A stretch of DNA of 64,000 nucleotides from positions 30,634,767 to 30,698,766 of the forward strand of contig NC_057718.1 in the NCBI RefSeq assembly GCF_004010195.1, read 5' to 3'. Shown here piece by piece: positions 39,001-53,000 of this stretch (within the stretch, counting starts at the first letter, position 1; the number at the start of each line of letters is the position of its first letter). The position numbers and the translations under genes were made by a program. Source of the DNA: Chiloscyllium plagiosum (lineage: Eukaryota). The notes below the pieces were generated by a model. It did not search any database. It saw only the letters and a list, made by a program, of their open reading frames with translations, and was not told the DNA's origin.

Positions 39001-42000
39001 AGACTACAATCACAACATTTTGAGCCCTGATGCAGAAGAAAAAAGTATATTTGTGTGTTACTTATGCCAATTTTGAACCTATTTTATTTTTATTCATTCA
39101 TCTTTCCTTCAACATACCACATGTATTAGAGTGAACTGACAGGCAACTTACTGTCGGGACTCTGCTCCTGATGCTAATGCTTCAGACCTAGAAGGTGCTT
39201 GGGAGCAGTTTGTGGTACTAGCTTGTTTTTCCTACTCCTTGGAGTTGAGAATGCTACCAATAAAGGAAGCCAAATTACTGTATAATCTTTCAATCAATAA
39301 ATCTATGAAATTTTAATCCAGCTTCGCAATCTGTAATTGCAAATCTGATTCGTTGAATTCCATGTTATGATCTCGGTAGAAGGCAAACCAGCTTTTAAAT
39401 CGGTGATGAGATCTTTTTGGTCATTACTGTCTGTTCATAACATATTACCTTCCATAAAGATTTGAGTTTAGTTTTCCAAATTTAATTTGCACCTGGTAAT
39501 TGACATAACTGCTTACATTTGAAAGTTTTTCAGATAGATATTACTTTATGGCATTTATAATTCTAGTCTCTAGTTTTGTGAATTTTATACTCCAGTCCCC
39601 TAGTTCTGTGATCATGGTCCAAATCCAACAGATATTGTGGGATAGAATATACTAACTGTATATTCTATTTAAAGACTTGGAAGAGTGGCCCTTCTCAATT
39701 TTTGATCGCTTGATGTTAAGCTGTCTTTGGCCAAATGCGATATTGTTATATTAAAAATAATAGTACACAAAGCTGCTCCAACACTATGACTTAGTCCTGA
39801 CTTCAGAAGTATGTTCATCTGCTTGATAATTTCCAATTGATGAAATTTCTTTTTACCATTACAATCTGACCCTTTTATACTGTTATTGTGCTATGCCAAC
39901 CAGGCTAATGGTAGAGTTTTAATTTTAGAACAATGAGGTTGTAGTAGGCAGAAAGAGCATATCGAATTGCTGATTTTAAATGTTCCTTTCTATTCTCCTT
40001 CAAAGTTTGAGGAGGAAGAAAGAATTAGTACTTATGTAGTACCTTTCATGACTTTGCAAGTGGTTTCACATCCACTGAAGTACTTGAAAGGATAATCTTT
40101 CTTTTCATTCATAGGACATGGATGTTGCTGGCCAGACCAGTATTTATTGCCCATCCCTAATTGCCCAGATGAGAGACAACCACATTGTTGTGGGTTTGAA
40201 GTCGTATGTAGGCCTGACTGGGTAAGGATGGCAGATTTCCATTTCTAAAGGACAGTGAACCTGATGTCTTTTCAGACAATTGGCAATGATCATTAGACTC
40301 TTAATCCCAGATTTTTATCATGAATTTTTACTTTTTTTATTTTTATTCCCAGTCATATTAATGAATGTTGTTATTTAAGCAAACAAAAGCTAATTTGTGC
40401 ACTGCAAGGTCCCACAGAATATAAATACCCACAATGCTTACTTAAATTATATTAGTTAAGGCATAAAAGTTAGCCAAGGCACATGTTCAGAAATCACACT
40501 ACTTCATTCATTCACCTGTTAAAAACTTTACAGACTTGAGTTTAGTGTCTTATCTGAATCATGATATCTGTGGCAATTATGATATATTGTCATTCTAGAT
40601 TATGTGTTAAAATCCTTAAATGGGACTTGAACCTAAAATCAGAACAAACATCTAATTCATAGATGGAGTGCCAAACTCTACCATTAGCCTGGTTGGCATA
40701 GTACAATAACAGTATAATAACAATGACACCTATTGATCATATATTGATTAAAGTAGTAGAAAAAGAGATTGAAGCTAGTTTCCCTCTTACTTTGAAATGG
40801 TTTCCCCTGGTTCTAAACAATCAAACCAGGAGAAACATCATACCTGCATCCACCCTGTCTATTCCTTCCTGTAATTTACATACAAATATGAAACAGGAGC
40901 AGAAGTAGCCATTTGACCCCTCAAACCTGCTGTGCCACTCAATAAGATCATGACCAATCTATTTGTTTCAAATTCCACAATCCCATTTACCTCCAGTAAT
41001 TTTTGATTCCTTGTCTAACAAGAATCTATCCACCTCTGCATTAAAAATATTTAATGACCCAATCCCTATTACTTTCCGAGGAAGAGAATTACAAATTCAG
41101 AAGGAAAAATCCATATCTCTGTCCTGAAGGAATGATTCCCTATTTTAAAATAATGCCCCTGTATCTGAACTAATATACAAGAGGAATCACCCTTTCCATG
41201 TCTACCATATCAAGACTATTCATAATCTTCCACATTTGTCAAGTCACCCCCACTCTTCTAGCCCCTAATGGAAACAAGCCTAACTGTCCAATCTTTCTTC
41301 ATAAGACAGCCCATTTATTCCAAGTATCAATCTAGTAAACCTCCTCTGAACCACCACCAATGCATTTCTATCCTTCTTAAAATAGGATATCAAAACTGCA
41401 GGGGAATATTCAAAATGTGATTTTAGTGTAGGTTTCAGTTCAATCACCTCACGTGCTTCAATTCTCCAGAGAATACAGGCCCATTTCCTTCAGTCTCTAT
41501 TCATAGAACATTTCCACCATCCAGCAATAAGTGTGGTAACATGGTAAAATGGTAAAGTGCACTCTTTCTATGGCAGTAATATCCTTCCGAAGGGGACCAG
41601 AACTGTGCACACTACATCAGGTGAGATTTAATGAAAATCTATACAGTTGAAGCACTACTTTGCTACTCCTGTACTCAAATTCTCTTGCAAAAAAGACTAA
41701 CTTACCACTAGCCTTCCTAATTGCTTGCTGCACTGCATGTTAGCTTTCAGTGAAATACCGACAAGGACACCAAGTCCTTTTGTACATCTTCATGTTGAAG
41801 ATATGATTCACATTTGTTCCTTCTACCAAAGTGGGTAGTCTCACATTTTTCCACATTATATTAGATCCGCCATGATCTTGCCTACTCACCAAGGCACTCC
41901 AAATTTTCTTAAAGCCTGTCCATCTTACTCAGAGCACACATTCCCATCTAGCTTTGTCTCATCAACGAACTTAAAATATTGCTTTCGGTCCCCAAGTCCA

Positions 42001-42187
42001 AATCATTGATGTATGCTGAACAACTGGAGCCAAAGTACTGATCATTGTGATAGCCTACGCAATGCAAGAATGACCCATATTATTCCTAGAAGAGAAAATG
42101 AGGTCTGCAGATGCTGGAGATCAGAGATGGAAATGTGTTGCTGGAGAAGCGCAGCAGGTCAGGCAGCATCTAGGGAACAGGAGAATC

Positions 42188-42215
42188 GACGTTTCGGGCA
42201 TTAGCCCTTCTTCAG
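42188..42215 (-). ncRNA. Minimal hammerhead ribozyme core (PLE type)
   Basis: Minus strand: CUGAAGA A GGGC UAAU GCCC GAAA C GUC. Confidence 0.65.
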
Positions 42216-42401
42216 GAATGAGGAAAGTTTGTCCAGCAGGCCCTAACCTGCAATCTTCTTCCCGACCTCTCCGCCCCCACCCCAATCTGTCCTATCACCC
42301 TCACCTTGACCTTTTTCCACCTATCACATTTCCGACGCCCCTCCCCCAAGTCCCTCCTCCCTATCTTTTATCTTAGCCTGCTGGACAAACTTTCCTCATT
42401 C

Positions 42402-42429
42402 CTGAAGAAGGGCTAATGCCCGAAACGTT
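42402..42429 (+). ncRNA. Minimal hammerhead ribozyme core (GUU cleavage variant)
   Basis: CUGAAGA A GGGC UAAU GCCC GAAA C GUU. Confidence 0.55.
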
Positions 42430-42675
42430 GATTCTCCTGTTCACTAGATGCTGCCTGACCTGCTGCGCTTCTCCAGCAACACATTTCCATCCCATATTAT
42501 TCCTACTCTATTTACTATCAGTTAGTTTATTCTTAATCTGTGGCAGTATATTACCTTTTACCCCATGTGCTTTAGTCTTGCTACCAGCTTCCAGTAGGGG
42601 ACTTTGCCAAAATCCTTCTGAAACTTCATGTACAAGGTGGCCACCAACTCCCTATTTAATTCTCTGTCTTCAAAG

Positions 42676-42996
42676 AATTAGAATTAAAATCCCTACAGTG
42701 TGGAAACAGGCCCTTCCTCCCAACAAGTCCACACTGACCCTCCAAAGATTAACCCATTCCCTTGCCCTATATTTACCCCGACTAATAACTGATACTATGG
42801 GCAATTTAGCATGGCCAATTCACCTAGCCTGCACGTCTTTGGATTGTGGGAGGAAACCGGAACATCCAGAGGAAACCCACGCAGTCATTGGGAGAATGTG
42901 CAAACTCAACACAGACAGTTGCCCAAGATTGGAATCGAACTCTAATCCCTGGCACTGTGAGGTAGCAATGCTAACCACTGAGCCACCATGCCACCC
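42676..42996 (-). mobile_element. HE1-like SINE
   Basis: Reverse complement of the HE1-like consensus. Confidence 0.87.
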
Positions 42997-43699
42997 TCAA
43001 GTGGGCAAAAGACCTCTGATTGGTTAATCAAACAGTACAAATCCACATTGACCATGCCCAATCAGATTATTATCCAAGTATCCATTTATCACAACCTATA
43101 TAATAGATTCCAGCATTTTCCTGACGACTGATATAAGGCAACAAATGTATAGTTTCGTGTTTTCTATTCTCCAGCCCTTCCACTTCTAAATAGTTGGGTG
43201 CTATTTGCTACCTCCCAATCTGCAGGAACTATTTCAGAATCAATAGAGTTTGGGAAGATGGTCACTAATCCATCCACTGCCTCCATAGCTACCTCTTTCA
43301 ACACTCTGGGATATAGCATGTTAGGCCGGAAAGATTTGTCAATCTTCAGACCCCTTAATTTCTCTTACAAGCACTCATTTCCTTCAGTTCCTCCTTCTCT
43401 CCATCTGTTGGATTGCAAATTGTGGGAGATTTCTTGATATTCCTCAGTGAAAACATACACCAAGTACTCATTTAGCTTCCCTACCATTTTTCTATTTTCC
43501 ATTAGAAATTCTTCTGACTCTGCTTGTAATGGCCACTTTTGCCTCAGCCAAATGTTGCCTTTTTAAATTCCTGTAGAAGCTTTTATGGTCCATTTATGAT
43601 TTTTGATAGTTTACAGGTATATTGTAATCTCCCTTTATCAATTTCTTCGGCCTCCTTATATTCTAAAATGCTCCCAATGCTCAGATTTGCCACTATTAG

Positions 43700-44021
43700 T
43701 GGGCGGCACGGTGGCACAGTGGTTAGCACTGTTGCCTCACAGCGCCAGAGACCCGAGTTCAATTCCCGACTCAGGCGACTGACTATGTGGAGTTTGCACG
43801 TTCTCCCCATGTCTGTGTGGGTTTCCTCCGGGTGCTCCGGTTTCCTCCCACAGTCCAAAGATGTGCAGGTCAGGTGAATTGGCCATGATAAATTGCCCGT
43901 AGTGTTAGGGAAGGGGTAAATGTAGGGGTATGGGTGGGTTGCGCTTCGGCGGGGCGGTGTGGACTTGTTGGGCCGAAGGGCCTGTTTCCACACTGTAAGT
44001 AATCTAATCTAATCTAATCTA
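43700..44021 (+). mobile_element. HE1-like SINE (near full length)
   Basis: gggcggcacggtggcacagtggttagc head, core, and (aatct)n tail. Confidence 0.9.
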
Positions 44022-45739
44022 TTTCTGTCAACTTTCAGGTTTTCTCTTTTAATCTTATACAAACCTTAATTGCCTTTTGTTAGCAACGGTTTGACTGACT
44101 TTGTTGTTTTTTTTTCTCTGAAGGAATGTACAATTGTTGTAAACTTTGTAATAATTCTTTAAAGACTATCAATTTCCTTTGTACTGTCGTATCTTAAGAT
44201 ACTGTCCAAATCCACCTCAGTCAATTTTCCACTCAGCCTTCTTAATTTATTTTGTTGAAATTTAACGTCCTGACTTCAGATTTACCTGCCTTACTTTCAA
44301 ACATAATATAAAATTCCATTATAATATGATGAATCATACCTAAAAGTTCTTTTAGGTATCATCAACCTGAACTACAAATCTTCTCAAAAATCACTAACAT
44401 GATTTAACCTTTTTTTGCATAATTTCAAATCTCACCTAGTTTATTCTTGCATCGGCTCGTCAACATATTGCTCTTGAATGCACTCTTTAATAAACGGTAG
44501 AAATCATTACTGCTCATTAGATTAGCTTAGCCTATATGCAGGTTTAAATCACTCGTGATCATTTTATTACCTGTTTTATTACATGCTTCTCTAATCTCCC
44601 ATGATATACCATGTCCCACACTACCACTACTGTTTGATGGCCTATGAACAACTCCTACCAATGTCTGCTGCTCCTAACTGATTTTTAATTCCACCCGAAC
44701 AGAGTCTACATTTTGTACTTGCAATCTGAAATCCTCCCTTCCTAATTTACTGATACCATCCCCTATTTTCAGATTAATCTCCTTCACCTTTCAGCCTATC
44801 CATCCTAAATGTCAAAGATTCATAATATTCAGTTCCCATTCTTGGTCACTCTTGAGCCATATTTTTGTAATGGCAATTAGATTATACCCATTTACCTCTT
44901 TGTGCCTATTAATCATCTACCTTTTTGGACCTTTACTCCACTCTACATCTGCCACTATTTCCAGCCCTGTGTGGTTGCTCTTACCCACCACTTTCCAACT
45001 CTGATATGCTGTATATTTCTCCTCATTTCATTAACTCTGCAATCGGTAATCACACCACACTCTCTGGAAACCTCTCCCTCTCTGCCCCACCTTGTTGCAT
45101 CTTGCTGCAATTTGAAAATGTGCTTAAAATCTACTTTAACTGCACCTTCAGCTAATTCCTACAGCTACCCAATTCTACCTTGTTATTATCATGAAAAAAA
45201 GACTCCATAGAACTGAAAGATATTGCTAATGTAGATCTTATTGTACTATTTGTCTCAATAGACTACATAAGAGTACTTTGTATGAAAAGAATAACATTTG
45301 TCTGAAAGGAAAAACATTCGTAGGAAACGAAAAATAATCATAGTAAACTGACACTTTAATAGATTCTCTACTATATGTAGAACAATATCTTGTTCATCTT
45401 GGTTGTATTGGGTTAATCCAGAAACAGAATAATCACTGTCTTTGGAGCACAGAGATTTAGGGAGTTTTTTGTGGCTTAGCTCTTCAGTCTGATTTTTGAA
45501 CAATGATGTAGTTCTCAATTCTATACATAATTTTCATGATGTGTTTCAAATTCAAGAACCTTGACACCTGCTTCCAATTAGTCATGTTCTAAAATATTTT
45601 AAATTGAAGAAATCCAATCACTCACCTACCTCAAAAGAAACAATCGAGTTACTATTACAGTACTATATATGTTCTGAAGGCTCCCCACTGGTGGAAAGTG
45701 GATACAGGACTACGTTGTAGGAAAGTTAAAGAGTTGTGA

Positions 45740-46370
45740 GAACTAGAATAATGTAATGATAGAGACTTAAACCATCCATATGTAAACTGAAATAATAATA
45801 CAATAAAGGGAAGAAAATGGAAAGAATTTCTGGAGCATATTCCGGAAAATTTTCTTGATGAGTACATTGTGGCTCAACAAGGAATGAGGTGGGTCAAGTG
45901 GAGGAAGTGTCAGCAGTCGAATGTTTAAGGAACAGTGATCATTGTATAATAAGGTTCAATTAAGGCTAGCTATGGAAAAGAAAAATCTAGATTAAAATAC
46001 ATAATTGGAGAAGAGTCAATTCCAGCAGGTTGAGAACAGGCCTAGCCCAGGTAAGTTAGATCAGAGACAACTGACTTTAAAAGAAAGGGTCACATACAGT
46101 GTAGTTCATCTTTCACAAAACCAAAATGTAGGGCAACTGGCTCCCTTGATGACGAAAGAAATAAAAGGAAAAAGGTAAAGCAGCAAAAGATGCATTAGCC
46201 AAATGATAATGAGTGAGATCCACGCTGAGTATGGAAATTCCAAGGGCAAGTAAAAAGATAAATAAGAGTAGTAAGGAAAGAATATGAAAATAGACAAACA
46301 GCTGACATCAAAGGGAATCAGGAAGTCTTTTAGTTGGTTAAATAAAAGATTCATAAAAGGATGGTTTGGA
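45740..46370 (+). mobile_element. Decayed CR1 endonuclease/linker fragment
   Basis: gacttaaaccatccatatgtaaactg (GDFN.P.I.W-like), aacagtgatcat (NSDH) and atcaaagggaatcaggaagtcttt (IKGNQEVF). Confidence 0.6.
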
Positions 46371-48099
46371 CCAAATAAGCAGCTACAATATTATTGTGAG
46401 CCCGGTGTTTCTAAGTGGTGAAAAAATGCAACCATTTTCACAGGAAGAATCGTTAGCATTTGAATGTCTCAGCTAAAAAAGTGCCCAAATATTAAAAAAT
46501 TAGCTCAGTATTCTTACTATTCCACACTTTCACAAGAAGAAGAGAGGTTCCCTGACTTCAACTCCATTTTGTGTTACGTGACAGTGTCCATTATGAGTTT
46601 AAGCTTTATAAGTTTATACTTATAATGCATAAGTTTGTATTACCAGTATAGGTGTAGAAATTATCTTACATTTGGTAAAGACAAAAACTGTCACTGTTAT
46701 GCTATTTTTCTGCTTAGATTTTCTACCACTTTGAATTAATTCTCATCATTCCCTGGTATAGTCATGCAGTTAGTGTTCACATGAAAGTAAAATATCAATG
46801 CATTACCTGCTGTGACCAACAGGTGAGTTGCAGTTCCAGCTAAGTATTATAAGGAAATATTTGCCTTTGTATAGCTCCATCAGAACCTCAGGAAGCACCA
46901 AAGTGTTTTAAAGCTTTTGACGTGCACTGTTATATGTAGGAATCATGGCAGTAAGATTGCTCATTACAGCACTACAAAACAATAATGTAATAGATGATCA
47001 AATAACCAGTTTTAAATTTTGGTTGAGGAATACATGTTGCCTAGAACAGATGAGGAAAGCTGCCGAGATATCTGCCACTGCTCATCAGGTGACTTTCAAC
47101 TTAGTCTATTTTCCCAGCCAGTTTAAACAACTTTCTTCATACTCCTGGAATTGCCTATATTTAAGTTGGGAACGCTGGTTTGAGATCCAACATGTTACTA
47201 GGTTTAAAATAGTCTATTTTCAAATAGGTTCTGCAATAATGTGCTTTAACAATCCTTGATGCACTTTTACAGATTTTATTGCTATGGTATCCTTGCCCAT
47301 CTGATTTAATCAATGTGCAGATTAAAAATTACCTATGACAATTGTAATGCCCTTCTTATGTGTCTCCATTATTTCCCAATCAAACTTCTCCCTACCATAA
47401 GGTAGCTTTTAAGAGGTCCATGAGCTCCAACATTGATTTTTCCATTTGCTATTCATTGTTTCTACCCAAAACTGATTCGACATTAGAACCTATTCCACAT
47501 AAACCACTATTCACCACTGTACTGATACCTTCTTCTAATGACAAGGCCAACACACTTCTTTTTCCTTTCTGCCTATTTTTTCTGGAACATGAAATACTCT
47601 TGAATAAAAAACAAAATACTGTGGATGCTGGATATTTGAAATAAAAAGTGCTGAAGAAACTCAGCAGGTTGGGCAGTGTCTGTGGAGAAACAAAAGTCAA
47701 CATTTCACATCCCATGACTATTCCTTGGAATAGTTCTGCAAGTATGTCAGTGTTCACAGCTTAGACACCAGCTCATCGGCCCTGAGCTGACATTCCTCGA
47801 AAAACAAACTCTTGGTGCATATATGGTCACCGTGCGTTGTTCATGCATCACCAGATCCACACACTAACGGCAACACATTACCTGCCCAGCAACCTCTATT
47901 CTATTTAATTAATTGTTATGTAGATAGATTGTGTTGACTGGGCCTTTATTCACTAGAGTTAAGAAGAATGAGAAAAGGATTTCATTGAAACATATAAAAT
48001 TCTGACAAAGCTGGAGAGATCTCAATGAAATGATGATGTTTCCCATAGTTGAAGGTGATCTAGAACAAGGCATCACATTTTCAATACAAATGAGTCGAT

Positions 48100-50050
48100 G
48101 CTGCAATGATGCCTTATCTGGTACTTCAGAATAAACACCAAGCTCTCTCCAGAAATCTAATTCACTTTGTTTTGCCTCAGTTGTTAATATGTGGTCAGAC
48201 TCAATGGCAACCACCAAACCGTTATCATAAGAACTTTTAATTCAGTTGTGCATCAGCTCTATGATCTATTATTTCACTGTGTAATCCACTCAAGCTAAAA
48301 CAGCATTTAATTTTGGAAATATGATATTAAAAGGCCTTGTAATGTCGTGATAGAAAGACAATGTCTGTCAAACAATTTGTTGTTTTGGTAGACGTTGTCT
48401 TATCATCATGACCTTTCAAGGCCTTTTCATATCATTTCTCCCAAATTAAATGATGTCTCAGGTAGTCTTAAAGAATACTTTAATGCTCTCCAAGCCTTAG
48501 CTGAATCCTTGACATTAACAAAAGCCAGTCTGTGTTCATATAAAGCAAAAATGTGCAGAAAAATGTTGAACTAACTGTACTACATTCTAGAGCAGAAAGA
48601 TTATCATACAATACAGAAAACAATTTGGAATTTTGCCCATAACTAATTGATTGACTATACTATCTGATCATCTGGAAAGAACTGTTTCCATGAACCTCCT
48701 TTGCAAGGCAATTGTCAGCTGGCAATCTAGTCAGTCAGTCAGCTTACATTCTATACAGGATTTAAATGATGAGTATGTGACTCCTTTCACAAAGCCCATT
48801 GCTAAAAGAAGTTTTAGATGTGATGTTTATGTGCACACATCTCTGAGCTCATTATTGATAAATTCCCAATTACTACCAGTCAATCATTCAGTGTTGTTGC
48901 AAGTCTATCCATTTCTCCATGATTGTAAAAACTCATTTGTCCTTAATATGTATTATTGTAGAAAAACTCAATCTAGTCTTCTGGTCTATAAAAATTGGGT
49001 CTTTCCCCAATACCTTGATAACTATCATATTAAAATCACATGCCAGTGAACAGCCCAGAATAGGACATGGTTTCATTATTCAATACTTTTTTACTGATCT
49101 CGCAATTGTCATTTTTTTTTGTATAAGCCACATTTAAATTTAGTCAACCACACCTGCATCCTTTCAGAAGGTTTTTAACATTTTACAAATCGGACAAGTA
49201 AATGGTCTATGCAGCTTAGGCAGTTCGTTTTCCCTGTTTCTTATCGAATGATGTCATTAATACAACACTATTGAGGAATTTTAGCCATTGTAACTTTCTA
49301 ACAAAAACTTAACAGTGGATCCACAAACTTAATAAAAAATAATTACTTATCATACTCCATGTCAGGCTTTATTTGTAATTTTTTCATAAAAATTTAACTC
49401 AACAGCAGTTTCTCACATATAAAGTATCCACAGAGCATTGTCATTGCCAGACTTAAAACAAGTAGTATTTTGATATTCTTTAACATGTTTCAATCTTCAG
49501 GACTCAGTGAATCGAGTTGAAGTATGAGCACTATCCTGCACTGCACATATACAAAATCCATGCTAACACATTCATCTAAAATTCCTGCTTAACAGTATAA
49601 TTGTCCAGAATCATCATTATTTTCATTCTGTTCCTCAGTCTCATTTTGTCTAATTTTGAGAATCATACCTGTTCACTCTGGGCAGTTCATCGTATATCAT
49701 ATTTTGAATCTTAGCTAAAGTACATATTAATTCTTCCTTGCCTTTGCCAGGATTCATTCATTTTTTTATTGCTGTTCCAGTTTTGTCTTCTGTAACAGTA
49801 GCAAGATCTCCTGAAAGCAGTTTGATTCATAATTCTGCCTATTTATATCCATCCATTGTGTCAGTGTCTGTGACCATTATCTGAACTATTCCAAAAGCTG
49901 GCAATTGTTGAGTCTCCTATTTTGAGTGTCACCTTGGAATGTACCATTTCATCCAGAAAGGCTGAAGGAAATGACTGTTCCCTCAGTGATTCTTTCAAGA
50001 CAGCAGCTGTTTGTTTTGACACCATCTCCTTCTGCGAACTGAACATCAGT
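48100..50050 (-). mobile_element. Decayed Ty1/Copia LTR retrotransposon internal region (GalEa-like)
   Basis: Minus-strand motifs in Copia order: protease tail KLLLS*IFMKKLQIKPDME (~49356-49412); integrase KLHRPF (~49200), PCPILGCSLACDFN (~49030-49070), NQLVMGKIPN (~48623-48652), AFVNVKDSAKAWRALK (~48478-48525); then RT start EAKQSELDFWRELGVYSEVPD (~48116-48178). Confidence 0.7.
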
Positions 50051-53000
50051 TACAACTAGAACTCTGTCTAGATGTGACTTTAGCACAATATAACAATTTA
50101 AGCACCTTCTGATCTAAGGAATCCCTGAGTGAACTCTCAATCTTACAATCTGTTAACCTCCACAATGTATTCTGCCTTCGAATGCTCATCTTTAGTTCTA
50201 AAATTTATCAAAGTTCAATCTTCCTTGTAAATTTCATCAAAGAGCCCTAACAGAAGGTCAAAGACTTCATTGCCATCTAATTAACAGGTATCCAAATGAT
50301 AAAATAATGAACTTCTCAACTTTATCTTTTTGTACAAAGCAGTAATGCCAGGGCTACAAGTTTGTTTCTTCTTTGGTAGAGATAGCCACATATCCACTTC
50401 AATCCTCCCCAATGGTCATTTCATTCAGACTCAGAACTACAGAGAGGAATCATATTCTTATAATGTATATTATTTCTGCTACTTTCCACAATGGCTACTG
50501 GAATTATGTTTTCTGTCTCTGCCTTTTTTGTTTTTATACTTAGCTTTCAACTTTCACCTTTAGGCAACTATTCTCTGTTAGTAGGTTGTACTCTCTAATG
50601 TCATTTGCTACATGTCTAAGACTGATTCAACACCACTTTATCAGAGGTCATTAGAGATGGATAAACAATTTGGCCTTGCCAGAGATGTTGCATGCCAAGA
50701 ATAATTTGTTTGTTAAATCTGCAGGTAAACACTTTTAAATTAAAAGTCATATTGAGTCCCTTGAGAATTGTTACTGCAAACATCCAGCCAAATACTGAGT
50801 AAACTAATACACTTCTCACCTAAAACTTGTGAATTGCGTGGACACTGAGGGTTGAATAAGCAAAGGTTAATTGGTATATTAAGAACATCGAAGGATACAA
50901 GGTTTGTGCAGGAAAATGGTGGTGAAGTAGATTAGCCGTGCAGGGTTAATGGGCCCCTAAAATCTCCTTTACTTACCAAGTGTATCCAGACCACTTGCTC
51001 CATCACTCTGCTTCACCTGTGTGCCATTGGATGAGTGTCCTCTGCTGTGCACCTTTTTATGGGTAGTTTTAATTGAATGGCATAACTGTGACTAGCTTCC
51101 TGTTGTGCTGTTGCCACCCTCTAATTGGACTGTTTCTGATCCAGTCCAATTGAACTGGATAACCATTGTATCCCTGTAATGATCAAGTGAGATGTTAACT
51201 TTTTAAAAAGTAAAACAAACTTCCAGTTATTAATTGAAATAAATTATACCACAAGATTTCATATTTAGGACAAAACCTTACACTGCAAAAGAATTAACAA
51301 AGTACGGCTAACTTAATAATTTATTTTCTAAGCCCTTATTATTTAAATCTAAAAATATCACTTGCTTTTTTTTTGCTTAGTTCCCACCTGAGAACTCCCC
51401 TATACATTATAGGCTCTTGAGGATTTTCCCCCTACTGGGACCAAATCAGGATATGCCACGGCGCTTAGGAATTCACTTTAATTTGCCTGTTCCAGTTTGA
51501 CACTTAGAGTTCACTCAATGATATTCCATTGCTGTTCTCTTCTGCTAGCTCCACCCGGTAGAACTGACAATTTTAATTGCTCTTTTCATTCCAAGCATGA
51601 GCACCATTCACAATTCCTGACAATTTAGTGACTCTAAATCAAGAACACCTCTGATTCCTATTGGCCTATGACTCCATGATTTAGCTGCTGGCAGATATGC
51701 CACTGTTATTTCACAACATTCCAAGCTGAAAAACTGGCTCAATGGGAAAACACACAAAATGTTTGTATAAATATAACATAAGTAGTACTGACACTTCGAG
51801 TTCTGCAATAACACTGAGTGATCTGCTTGTCTCGACATCATCCACTAGACTTTTGACCTCAAGCAACTCATTTCTATAAATTGTTTTCTGAGGCTGTCCT
51901 TTAACTCTTGTTTTAACAACATGGATGCAGCCAGCTCTGTCTGGTTGCTTGATGACTCTGTGGGGTTCAGGGTCCCACACATCCTCTATCTTCTTTTGAT
52001 CCCTGATTTTGGAAGAATACCCATGTACTGATTGGAAGTTCAATCCTGTCAGCTTTGTGACTGTTCGTGGTTTTTCTTCTCAACACTGCTCTCTCACACC
52101 TTGTGGTCACGTCTCAAACACCTGGCTTAGCCTTGTGCAGTCCTCAGCTATCCACTTATTAACAAGATTCCCTCAATCTAAAGGTACACGAGCCTTAGAG
52201 GATGGTATACAGGAGGGAGCGGGTCTTAATTGAAGAACAGGTAGGGTGGAAAATAGTCTGGGGATGAGTGTGGGCCACTTTATAAACATAAACCAGTTCT
52301 GGAAGGTACTCAGGCTCCTTTGTTTACTCTTAGGAAGAAAGAAGTGCACAGTCATGCATTGTACTTGAATTCTTCAATTATCCATTACTGTCTAGATGCT
52401 AGAGAATGCTGCAGCTCTTAACAATACCATAGACCTTGCAAAGCTCCTGTAGGATCTGGTTCTCAAAGTTGTGCCCCTGATCACAATGAATATAACATTC
52501 AACACTGTATTGGGCAAATTAATCAGGCACTAACACTTTGGCTATAGTTTAGGTCTTTGGGTACAGGTGGGAATGGCCTGTGTGAACTTGGTGAAGATAT
52601 CTTTCAGTACAAAAACATGCACAGTTCCATTACTACTGGGGTCAAGAACCATAAAATCAATTGCATGAGGTCTTTTGGCAACTAGGGATCCCATGCAGAG
52701 TTTAAGTTACTTCCTTGATTTGGCCACAGTATACCTCAGTCAATGAGGTATACTGCATCTGTAGTCCTTGTTTTTACCTGTTTATACTTCTGTCAATGTT
52801 GACAGTTGTCATCAATACCAGCAGCCATCCTGAGCCAATAACACTATTCTCTGCTCAGGGCAATTGTCTTTTCTGTCCTGTTTAGTCATGAACTGCTATC
52901 AATACTCGACACTTGAGGCTATCCGGAATGATGATTTCGTTCACCTCTCTCTCCTTGCCATGACTGCTGAGAGAGGACTCCATCCTCCTCCCCAATCCTT

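Larger units (their letters stand above)
42089..42490. mobile_element. Fold-back PLE insertion (inverted pLTRs), 15-bp TSD, hammerhead core on each strand
   Basis: About 42123-42240 is inverted relative to about 42377-42491. cccatattattccta is duplicated at 42074-42088 and 42491-42505. Confidence 0.9.
40885..45060 (-). mobile_element. Stack of decayed minus-strand CR1 fragments, interrupted by PLE and SINE insertions
   Basis: Reverse-complement CR1 3' UTR (40885-41000) and RT-region sequence resembling 5572-7530 (catcaacgaactta, tttgccaaaatccttctg). Boundaries are approximate. Confidence 0.65.

Noticed and set aside
42416..43027. 203-aa ORF
   Set aside because: Chance read-through across a PLE arm, antisense CR1 and an antisense HE1 SINE.
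43583..43993. Recurring peptide CGRKPEHPEETH in many ORFs, resembling a protein family
   Set aside because: It is the antisense translation of the HE1 SINE core, not a gene.
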